Assembly (NCBI RefSeq): GCF_009834535.1
Contig: NC_045696.1
Location: 2,358,001-2,422,000 of the forward strand
Direction of reading: 5' to 3'
DNA: 64,000 nucleotides
Source of the DNA: Camelus ferus
Lineage: Eukaryota
The notes beneath the pieces were generated by a model. It searched no databases and was not told the DNA's origin. It was given only the letters and a program-made list of their open reading frames with translations. How positions within the stretch are numbered: the first letter of the stretch is position 1; the number at the start of each line of letters is the position of its first letter. Positions 51,324 to 61,255 of this stretch are shown one piece after another. The position numbers and the translations under genes were made by a program.

Positions 51324-53164
51324 TGGTGTTGAGGACGACTGATTCATAGCTCTTATCAGAATCTGAAGAGGGTTTTTTAACTTAGAGAAAGACGGTAAGA
51401 ATGTTGCTCCCAGGTTAAACGCCCCGCTTGCGGGTTTGCTGGGCATCTGCACGAGAGTCGGCGGGTGTGGGCAGCTGGCTGGTGAGAGGACGGAGGGCTG
51501 GTTTTTATCAAAGCTAAGTGCTAAAGAGACTCGCAGGAAGGTGCCTGTGATGGTTTCCAGGGGAAGGCTCGGTGGTGGCCGTCCGCTAGGAGCCTGCTGG
51601 GCCGAGGTCTGGGCCGCCTCTCCAATTCAGGGCCCGGGAGGATCAGGGCAATGAGAGGCTGCCGTGGGCCGAGCTCACTCACAGAAACTGAGGCTTATGG
51701 GGCGGGGGTAGCAGAGTCCTTGACCTCAGGGTGGTCACCACTCAGGACTGGGAGGCTCTTGTCTCCACAGAGCACCTTCTTCCAAATTTCTGAGTCCTTA
51801 GCGAGCCAAACTACCTGTCACAGAGCTTCCCGGAGACCGTGGGTGTCTGAGCAGAGGAGGGATGTGCAGAGTGTGGAGGCAGGTGCACCGAGAAGCCCGG
51901 GGTCACCTGCCCCTCAGCTTGGCGCTCGGCTCGGTGATGGGCCCACACCGCACGCGGTCCTCAGTGCTCTCCCCACCCTGCCTCTCTGCTATCTCGTGCC
52001 TCATCGAGCCTGGGCAGCCCCTCCATCCACACGGTCTGCCTGCCATTACAGTCATGCCTTCTGTGCCCAGTGAGGGCCAGGATGTCGTGTCCTATTCTCT
52101 GCTTGATACTCAGCCGCCGCCTGGGTTTGAGGCCCCTCAGAGCCCCGTTGGCATCTGTCAGGTGAAGGAAGGATCTTGGGCCCGGCCTCCGGAGATCGCA
52201 GTGAGGTCCACAACTCTCAGTTCACGCTTTCAGTCAGGTTCCTAACTTGTGCGCCCTAAGCATGCAGGTTCTCCCCATTCACCCTGAGGAGGCAGCATTC
52301 TTCACAGGTCCCTGGGGGACCTCAGGTCCTGTGGGCCCCACAGCACACAGCCAGTTTATGGAGCTGTGGGCCCCCGCACACAGGGCTCACCTCACAGCCG
52401 CGTGTGGGGTGGGCTGTGTTCACCCCATCTGTCACCTTGGGCAAGAACGTGACACCTGGGTGTTCTGGAGTCACGGAGCTAGCAGGTGGGTGAAGCCCCA
52501 GTCAGACCCTGCTTGGCTCACCCACGCAGGGCTGTGGCAGGTGACTGCTGGGGATCATGCTCACTCCTGCACTCCCACTCATGGACTCACGCGTTTGTTC
52601 CCTTGACGTCAGTGAGCACCTGCTAGTGACTCGGTGACACGCTGTGGGCGCGGGAAGTCGGATGGGGAGGCTGCGGCCAGGGAGGGTGATGGACTCAGAG
52701 TAGCTCCAGGGAGGGGAGAGGTGGGCCAGGGCATCATTTGGGAGTCTGAGAAAGGAGAGAGAAGCCAGACAGGCTGAATGAGGCCGTTCGGCCCGGAGTC
52801 CAGATGTCCCTGGATTCCTTGGGGAGAACAGACTCAGTAGAGTTGTGGGGCTCGAACCCGTGCCAAAGGGCTGGGGTCGGAGGGTGGTCGGCGTCAGGAG
52901 AGGAGGGAGGTGGTGATGAGGAGGGAGTGCCTGCAGGTGCGCTTTGGGGCAGAGCGTCAGAGGGGTGGCATACGAGACTGTGAGTCTTCTGGGGGCTGCA
53001 GTTGTATCCAGGTGACCTCTTGAGGATCCCCGGATAACTTACAGCGAAGAGAATGGTTGTGCATCTTTCTGTTTTGAACGTGTATGAAAAATCGATCACA
53101 TCTGCACACAACGTGATGTAGTGTGTTAAGTGTTTCTGACTTGGGGATTGGGCACCATCTGACT

Positions 53165-55070
53165 CTTCAGTAAGTTGTATGGCACATGTTCTAATTTAAT
53201 ATTTAATTTCCAAATATTTGGAGATTTTCTAGATATATTTCTGGTATTGATTTCTAGTTTAATTTGCCGGTGTCAGAGACCATACCGTGTCTGGTTCCAG
53301 TCCTTTTAAATTCGCTGAGACTTGCTTTATAGGGCCACCCACGGTCTGTCTCGTAAATGTTCCACAAGCACGTGAGACGAGCGTGGGCTTTACTGTTTGG
53401 GAGTGATGCGTGCTGTAGCGCCAGTGCTTTCAGGTCGGCTGTCACGCTGACGTCTTCTGTGTCCTTGCCCGTCTTCTGTCCGTTGTCAAGAAGGGGATAC
53501 TGAAGTCCTTGGCCATCATTGTGGATTGATTTTCCTTTCAGTTCCATCAGTTTTCACTTCACGTGTTTGCAGCTCTGTTACTAAGTGCGTAAACGTTTAG
53601 GATTGTTATGTCCTCTTAACTGATTGACTGTTTTATCATTGCCAAATGTCCTTCCTTATCCCTGATAATAAGCCTTCCTCTGAATTCTTCTTCGCTGCGG
53701 TCAGCATAGCCACCGCACCTTCCTTTTGACTAGTATTAGTATATTTTAAGTATATGTGTGTCTGTAAAATACACGTGCGTGAAGTATATGTAAAATGTTT
53801 AAAAATGTATTTCTATGCTTTTACCTACCTGTGTCTTTATATTTAATGCAGAGTTCTTAGAAACAGCATATAACTGGGCCTTGAGTTTTTTAAATTAATC
53901 TGACAATCTCTGCTTTTTGCTTGTAGTATTTAGAGCATTTATACTTAATGTGATTATTTCTTTGTATGATTTTAAACCTGTCCTCTTGCTGTTTATTTTC
54001 TGCTTGTCCTGCCTGCTCTTTATTCTTTTCCCCCTTCTTTCTTTTGGATTAATTTAGTATTATTATGTGATTCAGTTTTATCTTCATTATTGGATCATTA
54101 GCCATTTTTCTCTTTGGTTTTTTTTTTTTTGGAGGGGGAGATAAATAGGTTGGTTTGTTTGTTTGTTTATTTACTGGAGGTACTGGGGCCTGAACCCAGG
54201 ACCTTGTGCATGCTAAGCATGTGCTCTACCACTGAGCTAGACCCTCCCCTCTTCCCTTTGTTTTTAAAATTTTTGTTTTAGTGGTTGCTCTAGGGTATAA
54301 AATGTACATGTTTAACTTGCCGCAGTCCACTTTCGAAAAGACTTGACGCCGCTGACCTGTAGCGCACAAAGCCTGCAGCGGTGCTCCTTTCCCCCTCCCG
54401 TCCTTTTCCAATTGTTGTCATGTGTATGTTGAAAACCTCAAAATACATTTTTATTATTTTTGCTTTAAACAGGTACCATTTAAAGAGGTTGACAAGATAC
54501 AAAGAGAAATGTCCAGATTCACCATTTCTGGTGCTCTTGTTCCTTCGTGTGGATCTCACTTTCTTATCATTTTCCTTCTGCCTGAAGAGCTTTCAGCATT
54601 GCTTGGGGTGCAGGTCTGCTGGTGTGGAATTCTCTCACTTTCTGTTTGTCTTGCGAAGTGTTTATTCACCACCATTTTTGGAAGATACTTTTGCTGGGTG
54701 TAGAATTCAAGGTTGACAGGTTTCTCGTTCTTACTTTAAAGGCATTGCTCCCTGTGCGCTGGCCCACGTGGTCCTCCCCAAGGCTGCTGTCACTCTGCCC
54801 TCTCCCCCGAACATGTTTGTTTCCTCTCGTTGCTCTGGGCTGCTCTCCGTCACTGTTTTCAGATTGGATTGTGACGTGCCTTGGTGCTGTTTTGTATTCC
54901 TGGACCTGTAGGCTTCCAGTTTACCTCAACTTGGATATTTTTGGCCATTGTATCTTCAAAAATTTTTTATGTCTTCCCCTCCTCTCCTTCTAAGGTTCCA
55001 GTAACATGCTTGATATTATCCCACAGGTCACTGGTGCTTTTTGCTTTTTGTTTTTAATCCTCTCAGCATT
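53165..55070 (-). mobile_element. Old antisense L1 (ORF2 endonuclease start, inter-ORF and ORF1 remnants) interrupted by a SINE
   Basis: tttaatttccaaatatttggagattttc; ttaggattgttatgtcctctt; tttttggaagatacttttgctgggtgtagaattc. Confidence 0.85.
54118..54249 (-). mobile_element. tRNA-Ala-derived SINE, camelid Vic-1-like
   Basis: Reverse complement GGGGAGGGTCTAGCTCAGTGGTAGAGCACATGCTTAGCATGCACAAGGTCCTGGGTTCAGGCCCCAGTACCTCCA + (AAAC)n + poly-A. Intact A box, altered B box. Confidence 0.88.
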
Positions 55071-56519
55071 TTTCCTCTTTGTGGGAAGGCAAAAAGTTCA
55101 GTGAAGAAAATTACAGTATGAGGAGCTTTGGTGGTTTTATGTTTTCCCCTGGGCTTGTGGCCGTCATCCTCCTCAGAAAGCCTCTGGGAGCAGAGCCCCC
55201 AGCCGCCTCCTCGCTCTCCTGCCACCGCTCCTCCCCATGCGCGATTGTCGCAGGAGACCACGGCGTCTTTCCCAGCAGACTCTCATGTTTAAAACTGACC
55301 ACCCATAAGCTGAGCTGAACTGCCAAAGGCGATCCTGGAGCTGCTTCCAGGTCAGGTGCCTGAGTTCTGCCAGGCTGGGGCCAGTGGCCAGTTGAGTCCC
55401 GACAGCTGTTTGTTGAGTCCCCGCTCCACCCAGCACATGCTCACGTGTGCCCCCGACTCTGTGAGAAGGGCGTACGTTCTGGTTTCTGGACCAGGAAACC
55501 GAGGCTCAGACAATGTGAACACCTTACTTGCCCAGGCCAGTCGGTCAGGAGGGACCATATCTGGGGCTCATGTCCTGGTCCTCTGAGTCCAGACACTCCA
55601 CCTGAGCTTGTGTGTCTTCTCCTGAGCCGTGTTGGGCTGATAAATTAAGCCTAGTTTAAAACGTGGAAATTGTGTGTTGCCTCCGTTGAGTAGATGATAC
55701 ACTGTTCTGAGAATTCTGTTTTCCAGTGGTATTTCGGGTATGGTTACTGACGTCTGCTTATTCTAATGGATTTTGACGTGTGTGGAAGTGGGACTGACTT
55801 GGTTGTGGTCCAGGCTCTGCATTTATGTCAGAGCGGCCGCACAAGTGTATTTTAGAAAGGAGCAAATTCCCGCTTAGGCTAAGTGACGCCTTTCCACCTC
55901 ACGCTGTGTGTGGTCTGTTGTCTGAAATATCGTGTTGAAGAAGTTGAGCAGTGACCTTGGAAAGTGGGAGGTGGGGAATCTGCGCAGATGGGCAGCTGGA
56001 AGAAGCCAGGACGCTCACAGCCATCAGCAGGGAGCTTTCATTTGTACAGGTTAAAGTTACAGCATCTCTCTGGATTTTGGAAAGAAGAAATTAGAAGCAT
56101 GAAGTAGCCTGAAGTCTTAGCAGTCCATCTCACAGTCCTCTAAACTCTTACATACATTGTGTTCCCAGACCTTCAAGATCCAACCTGAAGCCACTCTCGG
56201 GGGAGCTGTTCCAGATGTCCCAGCCCCAGGCCTCGTCACTCCTTCAGGGCCTGGGGGGAATGTTACAAACAGACCCCTATTTGTGCTTTCTAATTTGTTG
56301 CTTGTTAATGGCCTGGGGTTTTTTGTTTTTTTTTTTAAATCCCCAAATAGGTAAAAGAGTAGAGACTGGAAATTGTTTTCCTTTTGTCTCCCCCAGAGTA
56401 TGCTGCTGGGCGTGGCACCCACTCTGCTGCTGAGCCGGGGCTTTAGCTGCCCCCAGGGTGGTGGGTGCTGTGGGCAGGGTGTGCTGCAGCTTGGAGCGCT
56501 GGGGCAGCTGGTGTCTTAC

Positions 56520-57130
56520 AGGTGTTCCTTGAGCTCCCAGCCCTGCCCTAGGAGCTGGTGGTCCGAAAGTGAACAAGACCGAGTTCTTCCCTCATGGAAC
56601 TTACATTCAGGTGGAGAGACTTGATAGCAAACAGGATGGTGATACAGATAAAGATGGAGTGGTCTGAGGTCTCGACAGCCGAGGTGGGACTGCTCTTTGG
56701 GTGAGTGGAGACCCAAGTGAGGTGGAGGACAAGCCGTCAGAGGCCTGTAAGCAGAGTGTCCCAGGCCGAGGACGGTGGTGGGCAGCCGCGGCCGTGAGAA
56801 TGGGGTGAGGAGGCCGGTGTGTCCGAGAGGGGGTCAGGGAGCCCATCGGGCTGGGGCCCGTGGGGCCTGCAGGTGACTGAAAGCTGAGTGGGGACAGCCC
56901 CGTCTGATGGGCCGTCACCAAGCTTGCACCGGCTGCTGCGGGGAGGGCGGAAAGGAGCGGAGGCATTGCCGCGGGGGGTGTGTGTGTGTGTGTGTGTGTG
57001 TGAGATGGTGGGGGGGACCTGGGTGCAGCAGCAGCAGGGCCATGATTGATGTGACTACATGCAAGGTAGGTTTTGAGTTAAGAGGGATATGACGGGGGAG
57101 GTCCAGGGTGATGCTTCGCTTTGGGGGCTG
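56520..57130 (-). mobile_element. Degraded, GC-shifted L2
   Basis: gaacaagaccgagttcttccctcatggaacttacattcaggtggagagac, followed by an L2-like purine-rich tract. Confidence 0.6.
56978..57002. repeat. (GT)n microsatellite
   Basis: Pure GT dinucleotide run. Confidence 0.9.
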
Positions 57131-57719
57131 AGTAGCTGGGTCCCTGCTGGTGCTGCTGCGAGCACTTGGGGAGGAGCAGGGCGTTTGGTGCATGCTGGCT
57201 CTGAGATGCCCGCCTGACGGTCAGAGGGAGCCGTGGAGCACACGGGGATCCCGGAGCCGCGGTTCGTGCAGGGGCCAGGGCGGGAGTCAGCTGTGTGAGC
57301 CGGGCCGGCGCAGTAGGGGGCTGCGTCTTCCGAGGGGTTCCGGGGGCTGCAGACGGGCCTGGGGCGCTCCAGGTGCGGGAGAAAGAGGAGGAGGGAGCAA
57401 AGGAGACTCTGAGGGAGCACGGCGAAGCAGGACGAGGGGGAGGAAACCAGGAGGACACGGTGTGCTGGGTCTAGTGAAGACCATGTTGCCAGGCGCAGGG
57501 AGCGGCCACGTCGCAGGGGGCGTGGGGGCGCGGGATGGGGGTGCTGAGGCCAGCTGCTCCCGCCCCAGCCCTTCATCCTCGGAGCTCCCAGCTCGTGCGG
57601 CGTGACTGAGTGCCCGCCGAGTGTGAGAATCCTGGCGAGGGCACGGGGCCTCTGAGTCTAGGGAGGTCACACTGGTTTGGATACAGCTCACAGACTGGCT
57701 CTGAGGGCACTTCCAGGAG

Positions 57720-58575
57720 GCATGAGTCCATTTCTGTTTTGTAAATAAGTTCATTTGTATCTGGATCATATGGTAGTTCTGTTCTTAATTTTTTGAGGAA
57801 CCTCCGTACTGTTTTCCACAGTAGCGACACCAGTTTACATGCCCACCAAAATGCATGAGTTCCCAGTGCTTATTTTTTTGCCACAGCCTCCCCAGTGCTT
57901 ATTTTTTGACTTTTTGATAGTTGCCATTCCGACAGCTGTGAGGTAGTGTCTCATTTTGTTAATATATATCACGTTGGTTCTTCTGCAGATGCTGACTATT
58001 CTTGCCTTCCTGGAGTAAATCCCGCTAATCGTGGTGTATGATCCTTTTAATGTGTTTGTTTGGCTGTTATTTTACTGAGGGTTTTTGCATTTATGTACTT
58101 GTACTTTCTTGCGTGTTGTCCTTGTCTGGTTTTGACACCAGGGTGATGCAGGCTTCATAAAGTGAGGCCGGAAGCACTCCCTCCCGCCCGGTTTCTTTGG
58201 AAGTGTTTGCGCCTCTTCGACTTCTAGGAGCGCTTTTGAGAGATGTCCTCTGCGTGCTTCCCCTGGATCCTGTTGAAGCCCTCATCTCTGCTGTCGTGTG
58301 TTTGAAAGGCAGATGTTTTTAATTTTGATAGAACTTACTTTTTCCTTGTATGGATTATGATTTTAGTTTTATATGTATCTAAAAAATTCTTAACTCAAAG
58401 TTACCAAGATTTTTCTCTTGTTTTCTTTTAGAAGTTTTTAGTTTTGGGTTTTACGTGTAAGTCTATTATTAATTTTCATTTAACTTTTATACGTGAGGCA
58501 AGGTATGGATTGAATTTCTTTGTTTTTGCATATGGATGTTCAGTTTTTCCAGCACCATTTATTGAAGAGGCTATT
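57720..58575 (-). mobile_element. Rearranged antisense L1 fragments
   Basis: Minus ORF 57573..57830 reads LWKTVRRFLKKLRTELPYDP fused directly to the 3' UTR piece TNELIYKTE; further ORF2 piece SLYEACITLVSKPDKD. Confidence 0.85.
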
Positions 58576-58769
58576 AAAAATTAAAAGTCCTTAAATAATA
58601 TTATACTGCTTCAGGTGAACTGTCAGAACCCTAACGCGGTGCTTCTGAGAATGGTTACCTCTGAGCTGGTCTCTGCTGGTGACTTCGCTGTCTCACTGTG
58701 GGCCTTTGCCCCTTGCTCTGTCGCCGCCATTTCTGACTGCGTGCTACGCGTTGTGTGTAGGCGGCAGAG

Positions 58770-58985
58770 CAGAGGTCAGCAGACCTCTCCTGTGATGAGC
58801 TAGATGCTAAATACTGTGAGCCTTGAGGGTCACGTGTGGTTTCTGTTGCGTATTATTCTTCTATTTTGTTTTGTTTTCTTTTAAAATAACCCTTTAAAGT
58901 GTAAAAACCACCCTTAGCTCACAGCCTGTGTAGAGATAGGCCATGGGCTGCGTTTGGCCTTTGGGCCACGGGATGCCAACCTCTG
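58770..58985. mobile_element. MER58C-like hAT MITE, both TIRs present
   Basis: Ends cagaggtcagca / tgccaacctctg; internal aaccctttaaagtgtaaaaaccacccttagctcacag. Confidence 0.8.
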
Positions 58986-60024
58986 CAGAGGGAAGAGGTA
59001 GAGTGTTTCCACCTCTTGTTCTGCTGGGCTGTCGTGGGGCTTGGGCTGGGCTGGGATTTATTGCTGCTTTGGGCACCTGCCTGCACCGCTGGGTTCAAAT
59101 TCCCCTCCTTCCCTGTGCTGAGCAGGAGGACTGAGTTGCAGTGTGCCTGTCTCCCCGTCCTGCTCCAGCCTCAGCTGCGGGCCTTCCCCTGGGTCTGTGC
59201 CTGAGGGCGCGTGCCCCTCCTGCCCTCCCCACTGCACGCTGCTCGCCTTGGCTGCTTGCTGGGCTGCGGCTGCGGCTGCTGGAGAGGAGGGAGTTCCCTG
59301 TTGTTTGGTTCTGCATCTGAGTGGTGGGGCCTTCCCGGGGTCCTGTCCTCCTCCTGGGGCGGCCACTCTGCCCTGTGCCTTTAGGGGTTTGGGGCTCCCC
59401 CGGCGAGGGAGGACTCTGAGGGTCTGGGCCCAGGGCGAGCAGGGGCTTTTCCTGCTGCTGCGCACAGCAGCCCTTGCGGTGCCTGGTGGCTCTCGTTGAG
59501 CAGGGAAGGGCGCGGGGGCCGTGGTGCTGGGGCAGTTCCCATTGAGGGTTTGTTCCGTCTCCTCGTTCAATCCGCTTACTTCTGAAAAGGTCTTTGAAGT
59601 ATAGTGCTAAGAAAGTGGTGCTGATTTGGAGCCTGGTTCCCATGACGGTGTCCAGTCGAGAAGGGAATCAGTGGCACTTAGCGGCTCCCAGCAGAGAGAC
59701 ACGCAAGGAGGTGCCCTCCTGCTGGGGCTGGGGCTCTGTGCCGGGCGGCTGCTTTAGCCTGGCTGCTTTCCAGTGGCGGTTGTAGTACATGCAGGGCTAG
59801 CGGGTCCTGCAGCTGCAGGGAGCGCCGCGTGGAAGAAAGTGGAACGGGGCTTGACTGTTACAGCCAGTGACTTTGTGGAGGCCAGTGGCCCTGAAGAGAG
59901 GCTGTCTCTGCGTGGTCTCCGGGGGACTTGCTGCACTTGGAGTGAAGATGAAGTGATAACTTTTATGACAACCTTCTAAGTGGACAGAATTGTAGCAGAC
60001 TACAGGAGAAGTCCTTGTATTCTT

Positions 60025-60250
60025 TTTTCTTTTTAATTTTTTTAATTGAGTTATAGTCATTTTACAATGTTGTGTCAGATTCCAGTGTAGAGCACGATTT
60101 TTCAGTTATACATGAACATACATACATTCATCGTCACATTCTCTTTTGCTGTGAGCCACCACAAGATCCTGTATATGTTTCCCTGTGCTACACAGCACAA
60201 TCTTGTTTATCTGTTCTACATTTTGAAATCCCAGTCTGTCCCTTCCCTCA
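60025..60250 (-). mobile_element. Young 5'-truncated camelid-type L1 3' end with 16-bp TSD
   Basis: Flanks AAGTCCTTGTATTCTT (60009-60024) and AAGTCCTTGTAGTCTT (60251-60266), T-rich tail, and homology to 43396-43879 and 36492-36648. Confidence 0.92.
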
Positions 60251-60512
60251 AAGTCCTTGTAGTCTTAATCCAGCATTTTTGTGAGTAATACTTGAAGGTA
60301 GAGTGTTCCTGCGTGGAGGATGGCTGCGTTTTGTCATGCTCCTCTTAGGAGCTAAGCTTTTACATCAAGAAGTGACAGAGTTCTGGGACAGCCCAGAGTT
60401 TACCAAACTGTCACACCTGTCATTCCGAAAGGCCAGGCGCCCTCGAGGGGTGGCCCTGCCCAGGGCCCCGCAGAGGCCGTCTTCTAACCAGAGCGCTGCC
60501 TCTTGCCCCTAG

Positions 60513-60721
60513 ATCCGGATGCAGAGGTGTGTCTCCACGTGCTGCGACTTGTCCAGTCTGTGGTTCTGGAGCCGGAAGTCTTCTCCAAGGCGGCGTCTGA
60601 GTTCCGGAGCTCCCTGCCCCTGCAGCGCATCCGGGCCATGTCCGAGAGCCGCAACTCCCACCTGCAGACCGCGGCCCGGGAGCTCCTGGAGGACCTCCGC
60701 GCTCTGGAGCACGACGCGTAG
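60513..60721 (+). CDS. HSF2BP: HSF2BP terminal coding exon (exon 9 equivalent), through the stop codon
   Basis: Branch-point-like CTAAC at 60484-60488 and acceptor tcttgcccctAG|AT. Encodes (D)PDAEVCLHVLRLVQSVVLEPEVFSKAASEFRSSLPLQRIRAMSESRNSHLQTAARELLEDLRALEHDA*, TAG at 60719-60721; phase fits the previous exon. Confidence 0.96.
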
Positions 60722-61255
60722 GGCCGCGCGACCTGGCCTGCCTGCTTCCCCTGGTCCCCGCGCTGTATTCATTTTCTAAAACCACCAGCTGTGTGCCCCA
60801 AGTTACTGGTGGCAAAGTGTGATTGACTAGAGATGGATGTGAATTGATATGTGTCTCCAGAACTTCCTCCTGGAAGGGAACGTACTTGTGGGTCGACCTT
60901 GCCAGAGGGGAGCCTGGGATAGGGGACAGTCTTCTGGAAAGGCCCATGTCAGCGCGCCCAGAAGGGGCTTCTCGGAGCAGCTCCCCATGCCCAGGAGACT
61001 CAGACCTCTAGGCCCCCCAAGAAAAGCGGGAGGTTAAGTAACCACCTACCCGGCTGGTCAGCGTTTCCCTGGGATACAGTTTTTGAAAAACAATTCATTC
61101 TCTCTCTAATAATTATAGTTAATCCTCCCAAATTCAAGTTTACCTTCAAACCTTTTGGTAAACCTGCTATTTCAGATGACATTGGACATCTTAGTTCCAT
61201 ATTTTTGTGCCTCTTTTATTTTTGAATAAAGGAAGTCGGAAGAGTCATTGGTGTG
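60722..61255 (+). other. HSF2BP: Probable HSF2BP 3' UTR (end approximate)
   Basis: Runs from the stop codon to just past the first downstream AATAAA; becomes AU-rich toward its end. Confidence 0.65.
61225..61230 (+). terminator. Polyadenylation signal AATAAA
   Basis: First canonical hexamer after the stop. U-rich upstream (ttttatttttg) and GU-rich downstream (ttggtgtgcttcagctgttgcgttgg). Confidence 0.75.

Noticed and set aside
54175..54249. tRNA-Ala(AGC)-like sequence on the minus strand (also 11661-11736)
   Set aside because: It is the SINE head: the acceptor stem is imperfect, the A or B box is mutated, and it is followed by a SINE tail and poly-A.
59058..59643. Long overlapping ORFs (170-182 aa) and similar ones at 50362-50904, 57055-57769 and 29122-29613
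   Set aside because: Pro/Arg/Gly/Ala-rich with no recognisable domain, many with non-ATG starts; expected in GC-rich, stop-poor DNA.
60420..60947. 175-aa antisense ORF overlapping the last exon
   Set aside because: Likely a by-product of the very high GC content of the exon; no recognisable domain and no independent splice or promoter evidence.
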